A DNA stretch of 64,000 bases from the human T2T-CHM13v2.0 reference genome, Homo sapiens (GCF_009914755.1 NC_060931.1), one strand, 5' to 3'; shown: positions 33,742 through 57,299, counted from the stretch's first letter. The notes: a model not told the origin generated them from the sequence alone. Program-made: numbers and translations.

Positions 33742-34966
33742 TGAGTTGCTGGGATTACAAGCATGTGCCATCATGCCTGGGTAATTTTGTATCTTTAGTA
33801 GAGATGGGGTTTCTCCATGTTGGTCAGGCTGGTTTCGAACTCCCGACCTCAGGTGATCCGCCCGTCTCGGCCTCCCAAAATGTTGGGGTTATAGGCGTGA
33901 GCCAATGTGCCCTGCCTATTTGTAAATATTTTTTTGAGATTGGGTCTTAGTCTGTCGCCCAGGCTGGAGTATAGTGGCAAAATCATAGCTCACTGCAGCC
34001 TTGACCTCCCTGGGCCCAAGGGATCCTCTCACCTCAGCCTCCAAGTAGCTGGGAGTACAGGTGTGTGCCACCACACCTGGCTAATTTTTTTTGTGTTTTT
34101 GATAAAGATGGGGTCTCTCTATGTTGTCCAGGCTGGTCTCAAACTCCTGGGCTCAAGCCATCTACCCACCTTGGCCTTCCAAAGTGCTGGGATTATAGGT
34201 GAGAGCCACCATGCTTGGCCTGTTTTAATTTTTTTAGAGACAAGGTCTTGCTGTGTCACCCAGGCTGAAGTGCAGTGGAACGATCAAGGCTTGCTGCAAT
34301 CTCAACCTCCTGGGCTCAAGCGATCCTCCCACCTCAGCCTCCTGAGTAGCTGGAGTTAACTACATCTATTCTGAGATGAAAGGGGTACATGGGCCTTAAA
34401 TCCTTTGGCCTGCAACAATGAACTTTCTCCAGCTTAGTCCAATAAACGAAACCCCCAGGGTCTCGTTACAGCCTGTCAGATCCCAAGACTTAGGCCTGTC
34501 TCTGTCTCTGTGACATCACTGCTGCTTCCCCTGAATTCAAGGACAGTGAGGTCTCAGACAGCAGCCGTGTCTGTGTGGAACAGCAAAGTGGCTACTCAGG
34601 GGAGATGTTTTTCTAAGCTAGAAGCAAATGAAAGGAAATGAAATCACCTGACCACACATCCCCATCTTGCTGGTTTGGAGCCAACAGTAACAGGCTCAAC
34701 TGCTTTCACAAGCTACCGGAATTTGACATTCCAGGAAATCAGCCTCAGGGCCTGTCTCCTTGGACTAAAGAAGCCATTTATCACAGAATATGTACTCGGC
34801 TTCTCAAATGGAACAGGGGTACCAGGAGGTGGGTACAACCACACACTTGTCCTTCGCTTGCTCCTGGGGAACCAGGCAGAGAAGCTGAAACTTGGCATTT
34901 GGGAGTTATGGTCAAGGGTGAGGAAATTAACAGGAAAAACAAGAGAGTGCACTTTTACACAGCTAA

Positions 34967-35239
<273 letters not shown>

Positions 35240-35342
35240 TAGCCAGGCTGCTCTCAAACTCCTGACCTCAAGCGATCCACTTGCTTCGGCCTCCCAAAGT
35301 GCTGGGATTACAGGTGTGAGCCACTGCACCCAGCCTAAGTAA

Positions 35343-36023
<681 letters not shown>

Positions 36024-37520
36024 GAAGCAGGTCATATTTGTAGGGTATCAACCAAACCTGCTAGTGGATTGGACATGGGGGATGAGGAAAATGGTGACTT
36101 CCAGATCTCTGGCCTAAATGGATGATGGCAGTATTTGTTGAGATAGAAAAGAATGGGGAGGGGCTGGGCACAGTGACTCGCGCCTGTAATCCCATCACTT
36201 TGGGAGGCAGATCACTTGAGGTCAGGAGTTCCAGACCAGCCCGGCCAACATGGTGAAATCCTGTCTCTACTAAAAATACAAAAATTAGTCGGGCATGGTG
36301 GTGGGCGCCTGTAATCCTAGCTACTGAAGAGGCTGAGGCAGGAGAATCACTGGAGATGGGGAGGCTGAGGTTGCAGTAAGCCAAGATCACACCACCGCAC
36401 TCAAGCCTGGGTGACAGAGCGAGACTCTGTCTCAAAAACAAAAACAAAAACAAACAAACAAAAACAGAATGGAGAGAGAAAGGTTTTTTTTTGTTTTTTT
36501 TTTTTGAGAAAACCTAAAGTACAGTTTGAGATTTAAGTATGCTATACAAATGTCAAATTGGGGACAAGAGGCTGGCATTCAGAAGTAAGGTCTGGCTAGA
36601 GATGCATATTTAGGGGTTATCAGTCTATAAATGCTATAAGACCAGAACTTAGGGAGACAGAAAAGAGAAGAGGATGAAGTCTGGGGCATAAGCAGGCAAC
36701 TAATGAATGGATGAAATCTCTTTCTTCTATATGCTTCTATGGGATTTATTAGATAACCAATAGTTACCCTAGCTATAGGTAGATTTGCCTCTGTCTGAGC
36801 TATTTTCTGTCACTTTATCACCTTAGAATGAAGATAACCTCAGGTCGGGTGCAGTGGCTCACGCCTGTAATCCCAACACTTTGGGAGGCTGAGGTGGGCA
36901 GATCACAAGGTCAAGAGATCGAGACCATCCTGGCCAACATGGTGAAACCCTATCTCTACTAAAAATACAAAAATTAGCTGGGCATGGTGGTGTGTGCCTG
37001 TAGTCTCAGCTACTCGAGAGGCTGATGCAGGAGAATCACTTGAACCCAGGAGGCGGAGGTTGCAGTGAGCCGAGATCGTGCCATTGCCATTGCACTCCAG
37101 CCCGAAGATAACCTCACGCCCACAAGTATTTAAAAAAAATTTTTTTTTAGAGACAGGGTCTCACTTTGTCACATAGACTGAAGTCCAGTGGCACAATCTA
37201 GCTCACTGCAGCCTCGGACTCCTAGGCTCAGGCCATCCTCCTGCCTCAGCCTCTCAAGTGGCTGGGATCACAGGTGCATACCACCGTGCCCAGCTAATTT
37301 GTTTTACATTTTTTTTCTGTAGAGATGGGGTCTCGCTATGTTGCCCAGCCTGGTGTCAAACTCTTGGCCTCAAGTGATCCTCCCGCCTCAGCCTCCCAAA
37401 GAGTTGGGGTTACAGGCATGAACCACTGTGTCCAGCCACCTCTCACAGTGCACTTGCATGGCTTAATGATTTTATAGCGCTCTTGAATTCACCTCCATTC
37501 CTGTTACTTGAACCACTTAC

Positions 37521-37578
37521 TTTGTAAACTGCTCCATGAAGCGGTCCCGGTGGCCTTGCAGGGTGTCAGCTGGGAGGC
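37521..37578 (-). CDS. HIP1: HIP1 exon 9 (LPADTLQGHRDRFMEQFT)
   Basis: 58 nt; ccag|GC ... AA|gtaagt. Confidence 0.96.
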
Positions 37579-37801
37579 CTGGAAGAAATTGGAAAGAGTG
37601 TGAGAGGGGAGGGGGACCAGAGGGCAGGGAAGCCACAGCGGGGCTCTCGAGGGGGAGGGGCCCAGCTACCCTGGGGCATGTGGCCAGCACTGCCAGGGGC
37701 CACGACTGGCCTAGAGCTGTCCCGAGGTCTGGTAACCAAGGGAGCCCAGCAGGAACCAGCAGGAGTGTGGAGACGCTTATCCTCCAAATCCTTCCACTTC
37801 A

Positions 37802-38473
<672 letters not shown>

Positions 38474-38816
38474 TCAGATGTGCGAACCTGCATATTGCAG
38501 CTGTAGATCACAGCTCAGCAATCCTTTTAGTGTTTGCTTTATTTGTTTAAATTTAAATTTGTTATTTGGAAATGGGTCATACATTCACTGGATAAAATCA
38601 GGGAACACATGTATAAAACATGATTATTGAAATGGCAAAAGATGGCTGGGCGCAGTGGCTCCCATGTGTAATCCCAGCACTTTGGGAGGCTGAGTGGGGA
38701 GCATCGCTTGTACCCAGGAGTTTGAGACCAGCCTGGGCAACATAGTGAGACCCCCATCTCTACAAAAATTAAGAAATAAAAATTAGCCAGGTGTGGTGAT
38801 GTGCACTGTAGTCTTA

Positions 38817-40444
<1,628 letters not shown>

Positions 40445-40844
40445 TCAAAGAAGGCCTTTAAACCCAAACACTTAATTACCTGTCTCTTCTCATAACTCCC
40501 TCAGCCTCCAGAGTAACTGGGACTGCAGGTGTGCACCACCATGCCCAGCTTAACTCCCCATTTTACAAAAAGGCAGTGGTGATGTTCTACTGAGCAACAG
40601 AATACTTGGAAACAATGAAAAGTTTCCAGGGGAAACAATGAAAAGTTCATCTGTATTCAGCACTCTAAGCAGCTGGTCCCTTCTCTTGGGGGCCCACTCC
40701 ACCCTCTCAGCTCCCTTCAGGCAGGCCTACTTGCCGCAAAGCCCTTCTAATCCCTGGGCAGCTAATTCCAATCTCCCTTCCACAAAACCATCCTAGGTTA
40801 GCATCTAGGCGATGCTACACCCTTCCCTTGTACTGTCTAAATAA

Positions 40845-41171
<327 letters not shown>

Positions 41172-41292
41172 TGATGGGATTCCATGCGTGAACCACTGTG
41201 CCCACCCCAGACACATCATTTTAAACCAGAAGGACACAAAAGTATAAGAACTGGCGGGTGTGGTGGGTCATACCTGTAATCCTAGCACTTTA

Positions 41293-41615
<323 letters not shown>

Positions 41616-41875
41616 CTAAGGGCACCCCAGGGAACTGAAGCTAGGTAAGGGATAGGTCTCCATTTAATGAGCAGCTGTGTTTTATAATTTATATTTCTCC
41701 ATAAAATTCCATTTGCACAAAGGGATTGTGTAGATAAATGGTCTGGAAATCATTATGTTAGCTCATGTAGGTCTAGGCCAGGTCTGCTGATATTTGTGCT
41801 GTTCGTAGGATGCACGACATACTTGTTGAATGGTGACGTGCTCAAGCTAGAGGCAGACAGAGAGGACCATCCTGG

Positions 41876-42863
41876 TGATGGCAGCTGCCAGTCCAGATGG
41901 CCTGCCACTGCCATCATGCCAGCTGCAGCAGGGAGGCATGGCCAGGGCTGCACACTCCATGGAACAGGCAGAAGCCTCACCCTGCTGGATGGGGCTGTAG
42001 CCGCCCAAGTTGTGACTGCAGATCTGAGCCTCCCTGTGCTCTTGAGGGTCCGGAGCAGGCAGGAACCCTACCTTCCCAGGTGCAGCTGCAGCCACCCAAA
42101 ACACAGCTGCAGACTTGGGCCTCCCACTCCATGGAGTGGGTGGCAGCCCTGCTGCCCCGCACCCGCCCCCAGCCCCAGCTGCAGACTCAGGCATCCCTGT
42201 ACTCTTCAGGGCCTGAGAAGGCTCTCCCTCCCCTCTTCTGAACCTGTTCCCGCTGCCTGGCTTCTCCCTGCTGTCGGCACCCACTCTGATCTTAGAGCAA
42301 AGTTGGGGCTGAGCCCTGTTGCCATGCATGGCAGCGGGAGGCAGACAGATTCCTGGGTGAAAGGGCGGGTCCCCGGTGGGGGCCGGGCTGCCAATCCCAC
42401 AGACCGGAGTGGGAACTTGGGGTGCCCTTTCTGGGCCTGCCCATGGACCAATCGTGGTGCATTTCCTCCCCTCTGAGGCCCATAAAAGGCCTGAGCTCAG
42501 CCAGAGCTGAGCAGAGATGGGACGACCAGCTACAGAGAGGAGCTACCCTCTCTGCTGAGGCTTCAGAGACCTGCAGAGATGCTAGGATAATCAGCTGCAG
42601 AGAGGAGCTACCCACTCCATGGCCTCTTTTCTGCTGAGAGCTGAACACTCGACAGGACAACCTGCCTACAGACAGAGAGCGGTACCCACTGCAGTCTCCT
42701 CTGAGCTGTTCTAATACTCAATAAAGCTCCTCTTCATCTTGTCCACCCTCCACTTGTCTGCATACCTCATTCTTCCTGGATGCCGAACAAGAACTCGGGC
42801 AAAGGCACCACTGGCCCCAGAGGTTTCCAGCCAGAAAACGGACACCCCAAAGATCCTGTAACA
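41876..42863 (+). mobile_element. Solo ERV1 LTR, MER52-like, antisense to HIP1 in intron 8
   Basis: TG...CA termini (tgatggcagc ... gatcctgtaaca), 4-bp TSD CTGG on both sides, CCAAT 42448, CATAAAA 42481, AATAAA 42720; family name from memory. Confidence 0.85.
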
Positions 42864-43084
42864 CTGGGACGCAAGAGTGGCAAGCCAGGGGCTTTACTGG
42901 GGTCACCAAAGCCTGGGCCCTGCTCTTTTATCCTCACAATGGTCAGAAGCTCCGGGGCCTTTTGGAACAGAAGCAGACAGCCAAAGGCACTGAGAAGGAC
43001 TGCGTTTCTCTGGGGACATCCTCAGGCTGGGATCCTCCCTCTGGCCTGAATCTCATGTAAGAAGATCTGGCCCGCGGTACTCAC

Positions 43085-43225
43085 AGGAGTGGAGTTTGAA
43101 GAGAAGCTTGACAGTGTAGTCATAAAGGTGGCTGCAGTCCAAGATGACCTGGATCAGCGGGGCGAGGCGGCACTGCCCTGCTGCCGTCACGGACACAGAG
43201 CGGGACATGTCCAGGGAGTTGAATA
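43085..43225 (-). CDS. HIP1: HIP1 exon 8 (FNSLDMSRS...LLFKLHS)
   Basis: 141 nt; ctag|TA ... T|gtgagt. Confidence 0.96.
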
Positions 43226-43454
43226 CTAGGAAATAAAAGTGAGGGAGAAAGGTGGTAGAGCCAGGGGATTACAGGCAGCCTCTTCAGAGGGGCAGAGGCA
43301 GGGGTCCAACATACACCAAGGACCGATTCTGTGCGTGCTTTACCTCATCTAATTCATTTAACCTTCACAACACTCCCATGAGATAGGTAAACGTATCCCC
43401 ATTAAACAGGTGAAGAAACAGAAGGTTAGTAACTTGAAGGCTCTCACAAAGTCA

Positions 43455-43574
<120 letters not shown>

Positions 43575-43671
43575 CTATTGCACTCCAGCAACAGAGCAAA
43601 ACTCAGTCTCGAAAAAAAAAAAGTGGTTTTGGCAGGGTGTGGTGGCTCACGCCTGTAATCCCAGCACTTTA

Positions 43672-43911
<240 letters not shown>

Positions 43912-44138
43912 TCAAAAAAAAAAAAAAAAAAGTGGTTTTGTTGAGAGGTGGTGAGTTAACAGACTTGTTGGAGAGCCCAAGAGCTGATGGGGCCAATGAT
44001 GGTTAGACCAGGAGCCTTTGCTCTTGAGAGTCAGAATATTCAGTGCATCATGACTGGGTGAACTAAGCGCTACTCTGTGCAGAGACCCCTGATAGCTCAG
44101 GGAAGAAGAGATTTGCTCATAACCTGGGAGAGCTCCTA

Positions 44139-44890
<752 letters not shown>

Positions 44891-46149
44891 TCAACAAAAA
44901 TAGAAGTCTTGCCTCCACCCTCTTGAGTTTCAGAGACAAAGTTGCTCCCTCAATTTCTCACGCTGGGGCTCCCTCCACACTAACCTCCTGCCCCCCATCC
45001 TAGACCAAGCAACTGGCCGTCTGGCTGCAGACACTCAGCTCACACCACTGGCCAGGCTGATTTTCTTTCTTGCACTGGCCACCCACTGCCTCTGCAGACT
45101 CTGCACGCGGCGGGCAATGAAATGACTCTCCCCGCGGTCCCTCTGTGAGTGGAACTGGCCCAGAGGGAAGCCTAGCACTGCCTGTATTCCGCTTCCCGAC
45201 TGCACTAATCCCTGGTAACTGGGTTAGTCTGGCAGCTGAAAAAAAAAAAAAATCCCGAACTGTTCTAATTAAAAGGCAGCTTTTCTTCTTGACACAAATT
45301 AAAAGCAGCTGTCACTGCAAGGCAGCCATCCCCAAGTCTACCGGCTTCCTCAGGCTCCAACTGGCAGGAACCACGGGCTGTTCCATTTCCCTGCCTGGCC
45401 CCGATTCCTGATACCTTCCAGGAATGCCCTTTGGCATCCAGAAACATCTAGAGCAGTGTCATCACGGACAAGTTGCTCAGTCACTCTGTGCCTCCTGATG
45501 CTCTTCTGTTGAGCACATGTGGCTATAACAGTGCATACCTCGTAAGGGTCTCAGAGGACTTCAATGAGAATGCTGGGAAAAGTGCATGGAATTGTGCAGT
45601 GGTTCTTGACTTTGGCTTTGAGACTGGTTAGGATCACCTGGGGAAACTGAAACACTAAAGTCTTCCTGCAACCCCCAGAACCGCCCCACCATCTGTTTCA
45701 ATTGGTCTGCTGTATGTTGGGATGTCAGTGGGTGTCAAAAGTCTTCCCCTGCTGTCCCCCGTTAGGCCAGGTGCTGTGGCTCATGCCTGTAATCCCAGCA
45801 CTTTGGGAGGCTGAGGTGGGAGGACTGCTTGAGGTCAAGAGTTCGAGGCCAGCCTGGCCAACATGGGGAAACCCCATCTCTACTAAAAATACAAAAATTG
45901 GCCAGGTGTGGTAGCGGGCACCTGTAGTCCCAGCTACTCAGGAGGCTGAGGCACAAGAATTGCTTGGAGGCTGCAGTGAGCCAAGATCCCACCACTGCAC
46001 TCCAGCCTGAACGACAGAGCAAGGCTCCGTTTCAGAGAAAACAAAAACAAAAAAAACGCCCCAGGTAGATTCTAATCTGCATCCAGGGTTGAAAACTGTA
46101 TGTCCAAGCTCAGTGGTTGTCAAGTTTTAGCACACATCAGAATCACCCA

Positions 46150-46348
46150 CAATAGTGCTATCCAATAGAATTCTACAATGATGAAAATGTTCATATAAAC
46201 TTTTTAATATATTAGCCATATGTGGCTTTCTGAAATATGCCTGAAATAGGACTAGTGCAGCTGAGGACCTGACTTTTAAATGTTATTTAATTGTAATCAA
46301 GTTCAATGATCACATGGGGCTAGTGAGTGCCCTATTGGACAGTGCACA
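46150..46348. mobile_element. MER3/MER33-like hAT DNA transposon fossil, within MER5A-like sequence (45590-46150)
   Basis: Inverted ends gtgctatccaatag ... ctattggacagtgc. Confidence 0.65.
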
Positions 46349-47129
46349 CTGCGGGTGCTTCTTAAAGCACAGGAGGCTGGGGTTGGTGGCTCATGCCTAT
46401 AATCCCAACACTTTGGGAGGCTGAGGTGGAAGGATCACTTGAGCTCAGGAGTTCGAGACCAGCCTGGTCATATAGCAAGACCCCATCTCTACAAAAAATT
46501 AAAAAATTAGCTGGGTGTGATGGCACACATCCCTGGTCCCAGCTACTCAGGAGGCTGAGGTGGGAGGATCCCTTGAGACCAGGGAGGTCAAGGCTGCAGT
46601 GAGCTATGATTGTGCCACAGTACTCCAGCCTCGGCGACAGAGTGAGATCCCATCTCCAAAAAAAAAAAAACGAGAGAGAGAGAAAAGAAAAACAGCAGTG
46701 ATGATGAAATAGGTGAATAGAATTCATTACATAGTGTTAACTTTCAGCTACATGCTCTGGGAAACTCTAGGGTGAATTACTTAGAGTCTTCTGGACCAGA
46801 GCTACCCGACTATAACTCCTGGATTCAAGCAATCTTCCCACCTTGGCTTCCTAAAGTGCTGGGTTTATAGGCATGAGCCACTGCACCTGGTAGCCTGCTG
46901 TTTTTCAAAAAGCAAGCATTCTTTTATGGTTGAGGGCCTGCTATTCACCAGGCACTGGACTAGAACAGAGGGAATTTAGAGATGAGTAGGTCAGCATCTC
47001 GTGGTAACAATATTAATGAACAATGCATATAAAACCAGAGCAGGCTGGGCACGGTGGCTCATGCCTATAATCCAAGCACCTTGGGAGGCCAAGGCAGGCC
47101 GATCACTTGAGGCCAGGAGTTCGAGACTA

Positions 47130-47363
<234 letters not shown>

Positions 47364-47696
47364 TCATGAGATGTGGCACAAAAAAGATGGCTGAGCTCAC
47401 CACCTCTACCCCTTACTCATTCTCTCAGCTAACCAAGTCCTTTTGGACCTCATCACCATCTCCGCTTACTCATGGTCCACGGTCTGTCAGGAACTGGAAG
47501 GATGACCCAAAGGTTGAAACATTTGTCTTGCTTATCCCTAAACACCACAGCAGCGGGAGGCAGGCAGGCAGCCGGCTCCAAGAAGAGGTGAGAGCCATGG
47601 GGAGAGAGCTTGTGTCAGCCGAACTGCAACTTCTAGGCTGCACTTTCCCAAGGATGACAATTCTAAGAATCTCACTCACGCCTGCATTCAGATCTA

Positions 47697-47998
<302 letters not shown>

Positions 47999-48743
47999 TC
48001 AAAAGAAACAACAACAAAAAAGTGAAAGCTAAATGCGAATGAATTCTGAATTATCCACATACGTTGTTCCCACCAAAATCCAAATGATGAAAAGTTAGCC
48101 ACAACAATGTATACTTGTTTATATACTTTTATGCAAACATTTCCAAAGCATTTTTTTTTTCAAGGAGTCTTGCTCTGTCACCCGGGCTGGAGTGCAGTGG
48201 TGTGATGTTGGCTCACTGCAACCTCTGCCTCCCGGGTTCAAGCAATTCTCCTGCCTCAGCCATCTGAGTAGCTGGGATTACAGGCACACACCATCAATCA
48301 CGCCTGGCTAATTTTTGTATTTTCAATAGAGATGGCGTTTCACCATGTTGGCCAGGCTGGTCTTGAACTCCTGACCTCATGATCCACCTGCCTTCGCCTC
48401 CCAACGTGCTGAAATTACAGGCATGAGCCACTGCGCCCGGCCCCAATGCATTTTTTAAAAAATAAATGCATCTACACCACTGCTTTCAGTCTGACTGGGA
48501 ATAGCTTAGGGCATAGACTAGATTCTGCGTTTTATTTTTATTTCTCTACTGACTTTTGTATAACACCCTGCTCAAATAGCTTCCTAGTCGGCTGAATGTC
48601 CCTTTCTCGCACAAACCGCAGTTTCCAGCTGTTTCTGGTGTTGGTCTTTCTTTTTTCTGAGACAGAATCTTGCTCACTGCATCTCGGCTCACTGCAAACT
48701 CCGCCTCCTGAGTTCAAGCCATTCTCCTGCCTCAGCCTCCTGA

Positions 48744-49076
<333 letters not shown>

Positions 49077-49994
49077 TGAAGGAAATTCGGGGTCAGAGAG
49101 TCCAAGCCCCAAGAGTGGGTCCTGCCTGTCCACATGCAGAGAAGGCCACGAGGCTTGGGCATGAGACCACCAAGCTTGCGTATGGAGACCTGCAATGTGG
49201 AACGTTGTCTTTCAGAGTTGGATGCTTGTCATGGAACGCCCTGAGTCTCAGAACGCTGGTGCTTACATCCCCCAGGGAAAGGAGGGGAGCCTGCTGGGAG
49301 ATGTGGGGAGGAGACGCGCTGGAGAGAAGGGGACCAGCTGAGGCTTGTCAGGGAAGCATTAGGGGCTGATGGTCTGGAGGCACCACAGTTCTTGGCAGGC
49401 AGGAGCCTGGAAGTGTGGCCACTCCCCCTGCTAGTGGAACAGGACTGTGTGAGCTTCTCATGTGGACTTGGGTGACAACCAGTCCTGGGTGACAACCAAT
49501 CCTGACCAGCTTGTTTCCCATGGCTGCCAACTCAACAACAGACATGAGCCCTTCCTCCTCAGTAGAAATCGTGCCCATGAGCCAGCCCAGTTCCGAGTAG
49601 CAGACAAGACTGGACCAAGGACTGGCCAGGGCCATGGCTACAGTCCAGTGGCTGGCAAAGAGGTAAGACCTGTCTTTGGGCTTTTGGAGGCCTGCGCTTC
49701 AGGAGAGAGGCCAGTAGGAAGGGGCAGTGTGTGGTCTTTCTGCTCAGACGTGAAACCACCCGCTTGGAAAATATCTAGGAGGCCAGGTGTGGTAGCTCAC
49801 GCCTGTAATCCCAGAACTTTGGGAGGCTGAGTTGGGAAGACACCTTGAGGCTGGTAGTTCAAGAACAGCCTGGGCAACACAGTGAGACCCCTATCTCTGC
49901 AAAAAATATAAAAAATCAGCCAGATGTGGTGGTGCGTGCCTGTAGTCCCAGCTACTTGGGAGGCTGAGGTGGGAGGATCATTTGAGCCTAGTAG

Positions 49995-50505
<511 letters not shown>

Positions 50506-50561
50506 TAGGAATTAGGTAGTTCCCATGAGAGCCTGGGTTAGACGGGAGGGAAGAGACTCAC

Positions 50562-50623
50562 CTGTTTGGAAGAGGTTGAGTTCACACTCCAGGTAGTCAA
50601 ACATCTCCACTGTTAACTGGAAA
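50562..50623 (-). CDS. HIP1: HIP1 exon 7 ([20 protein letters not shown])
   Basis: 62 nt; ccag|T ... G|gtgagt. Confidence 0.96.
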
Positions 50624-50724
50624 CTGGACCCAAGAGGAAAGAGAGCTTACACTCCACAGCCTGAGGCCGGTCTGTTACCTGTCCCCTCCCCCACGCTCTA
50701 CGCTACTCCAGTCTCCAATGCTCA

Positions 50725-51270
<546 letters not shown>

Positions 51271-51399
51271 TCACCCAGGGGCTTTGGTCCCCATCCCAGC
51301 CACGGCCTCCCCCCATCAGGCCCTCCATGACCCTTATGAGAAGTGTCAGCATTCACAAAAGCTTTCTCCCTCCCTGGGCTCAGGGCAGGAGCCACTTAC

Positions 51400-51476
51400 A
51401 AGTTGTTCACGTCACTTTCTCCAGCCTCGTCCAGCTGGCGGTCACTCATCTGCAGGTTGCCTGGGAACCTGGGATT
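51400..51476 (-). CDS. HIP1: HIP1 exon 6 (NPRFPGNLQMSDRQLDEAGESDVNN)
   Basis: 77 nt; ccag|AAT ... TT|gtaagt. Confidence 0.96.
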
Positions 51477-51969
51477 CTGGAAGGGAGGCAGAGGAAGGGA
51501 GTCAGGGCAGAAGACATGAAGAGCCCTCTCTCAGCCGGGCGTGGTGGCACACGCCTGTGGTCCCAGCTACTTGGGAGGCCGAGGTGGGAGGATTGCTTGA
51601 GCCCGGGAGTTCAAGTTTACAGTTCAAGGCCACTGCACTCCAGCTTGGTTACAGAGTGAGACCCTACCTCAAAACAAACAAAAAAGAAAAAAAGAAAAAT
51701 CGCTGGTATCATCAATCATTGCTGAGTATCTACAGCCAGCATGATCCTGTCATCTGTGTGGTTTGTCCCTGTGGCAAAGGGAAAAGGCCACAGAGATGGG
51801 TGGCCATTCCATCGTGGGGCATCTACATGTACAAGTGGATACTTTAGGCTCTAGGCCAGGTGCGGTGGCTCACACCTGTAATCCCAGCACTTTGGGGGCC
51901 AAGGCAGATGGATCACTTGGGGTCAGGAATTAGAGACGAGGCTGGCCAACATGGCAAAACCCTGTCTCA

Positions 51970-52248
<279 letters not shown>

Positions 52249-52719
52249 TCATACACGCTGAGATTACAACCTCTGACCTCAATTTCAGCACCTTCACCTC
52301 TACTCCATCCCCACTCCAGACTCTGCCATCACCTAAAACATCCCTGCCCAGACCTCCCCACACCAGCATCTCCCTCTCTGGCTGCATCGCCCAGGCCTCT
52401 GCCCTTTCAGTCCTCTCCTGCCCTCAAGTCCACCCACTACTCACGCTTCTGTCTCAGAGATGGCCAGTCCCCTCCTGCTCCCTCTCCTCCCCATCTCTCT
52501 GCCTGCCTTTGCTTCCTGGCTCAGTCTTGACATCATGACTGGTGGCCTGGCTCCACTTCCCCACACCCTGCCTGCCTTTCTACCACACTGCTTGGAAGAC
52601 CTGCTGAGAGCCTGGGTCCTTGTCATCGGCTCTGCACCTAGGGCCGGCTGCCGACTGTCCCTGGAGAAAGACTCACAGCTGGTGTCACTATGCATTCACG
52701 CTCTCTGTCCTGAACGTCC

Positions 52720-52900
52720 GTCTCAGTCAGCTCGGGCAGTTATAACAAGATACCATGCACTGGGTGGCTTAACCCATAGAGAGTGTCTTTCAGTTCTCGA
52801 GGCCAGGGAGTTCAAAGTCAGGGTGTTGACAGATTCGGTGCCTGGTGAGGCGCTTCATCCTGATTACGTTGCTTACATGGCAGAGGAGGGGGAAACCAGC
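52720..52900 (-). mobile_element. MaLR (MLT1/MST-like) LTR fragment
   Basis: ataacaagataccatgcactgggtggcttaa...cagttctcgaggccagggagttcaaagtcagggtg. Confidence 0.65.
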
Positions 52901-53044
52901 TCTCTCTTGTTTCTCTCTCTTTTTTTATTTTTTAGAGACATGGCCTCACTGTTGCCCACGCTGGAGTGCAGTGGCATGATCATCACTCACTGCAGCCTCG
53001 AATTCCTGGGCTCAAGTGATCCTCCACCTCAGCCTCCTCAGTAG

Positions 53045-53722
<678 letters not shown>

Positions 53723-54129
53723 TAATTGCTAAAAACTGGAAAAGTCCTTTGCTCCTCCACACTTGGACAATACCAGCTTCCCCTTTTTCTCTGCTTTCTA
53801 AAACCAGGAAAAACAAGACAGCAGTGAGCTCGAGAGCCTCTGGAAGCAAAGCCAGCTGCATCCTCTTCGACCCCAGTTCTCCAAGCCCACGTGACCATTC
53901 CCTTCTGCCCTTCCATGCTATTAAAAGCTAGGGGACTGGCTATTGGCACCAGCTGCTTCTGATGCCACTGAACTCTGCTGTCTTCCTATATACAAGGCAA
54001 AGGGACCCCTTTGGCCTCTATCAGCCCCGCAGCCCCACTGCCCCAGCTCCCATCCCAGTCCTCTTCCTCCTTAACCTTCTTCCCAGTCTTGCTTTCTCTA
54101 CACCCTCCTTTCTTTCCTTTTCCACCTAA

Positions 54130-54658
<529 letters not shown>

Positions 54659-55498
54659 TAATTTCTTTTTGTATTTTTAGTAGAGACGGAGTTTTGCCAT
54701 GTTGGCCAGGCTGGTCTTGAACTCCAGACCTCAGACGATCCGCCCGCCTTGGCCTCCTGAAATGCTGGGATGACAGGCGTGAGCCACTGCGCCCAACCCC
54801 AAAACATCTTAAATCCAGTTCTCACCTTTCCCCGCCTCCTCATGACACCTTTACCAGAGCCCGGTCCTCCCTCCAATCACACGCTACAAGCCCCCTCCCC
54901 TCCACACTCTCAGCCTCTCCCTCCTGCTTCTTCGCCTTGCAATCCAGCCCAAGGGCAGCCCGACTCCCCGCCTCAGCCTCTGACACCCTGGCCTGGCCCA
55001 GCCTCAGTTCTGGTTTACGTTGCCTCCTATGTGCCCACCCCTCTGCCTGATCCCCGTTGTCTCCCACAGTTGCCAGACCCCTGTACACCCCGCAGCTGCT
55101 CGCCTCCCCCACCTCACACTATCCATTGTGTCACCTTCTTCTCTCTTTTTTCTGTGAAACAGGGCCTCACTCTGTTGCCCAGGCGGGAGGGCAGTGATGC
55201 GATCATAGCTCACTGCATCCTTGACTTCCCAGGCTCAAGGTATCCTCCCACCTCAGCCTCCCGAGTAGCTGGGACTACAGTTGCACACTACCACGCCCGG
55301 CTAATTTTTAAATTTTTTTGTAGAGACAGGATCTTGCTATGGCCCAGGCTGGTCTCAAACTCCTGGTCTTAAGCGATCCTCCAGCCTCGACCTCCCATAA
55401 TGCTCAGATTACAGGCATGAGCCACTGTGCCCAGCCAGGAATTGTTTTTATTAACAGTAAAATCAATGCTTCTGTAACATTTTCATAAGGCAATATAG

Positions 55499-56549
<1,051 letters not shown>

Positions 56550-56910
56550 TGAGCCACCACGCCCAGCTAATTTTTGTAGCTTTTAGTAGAGATGGGGTTT
56601 CACCATATTGGCCAGACTAGTCTCGAACTTCTGATCTCAGGTGATCTGCCCGCCTCTGCCTCCCAAAGTGCTGGGATTACAGGCGTGAGCCACCGCACCC
56701 AGCCATCTACCTTTATTCTTAAATGTAAAATAGAATCAATCTATTTTTCTTGCTTAATATGCTGCAATTTTATTCAACTTCTTAAACTTTCTTTCATTAT
56801 TTTTAGTGACTGACCAGTATTATTGTAATTTATTGAACTGACTCAATAAATTCAAATGAGCTGAAGCCAATTCAAACCAGTTGAAATTTTTGCTATCATA
56901 AACCATTTCA

Positions 56911-57129
<219 letters not shown>

Positions 57130-57299
57130 TTAAAAAATTAGCTGGGCATGGTGGTGTGCACCTGTGGTCTCAGCTATTCAGGAGGCTGAAGTGGGAGGAT
57201 CACTTGAGCCCAGGAAGTTGAGGCTGCAGTGAGCTGTGATCATGTCACCATTCCTCCAGCCTTGGTGACAGAGCAAGAAACTGTCTCAAAACACCACCA

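Noticed and set aside
40799-40817. Small hairpin tagcatc-taggc-gatgcta
   Set aside because: A 7-bp stem is expected by chance in 64 kb.
41753-43049. Cluster of overlapping 60-226 aa ORFs
   Set aside because: Stop-poor GC-rich LTR sequence with no gag/pol/env motifs.
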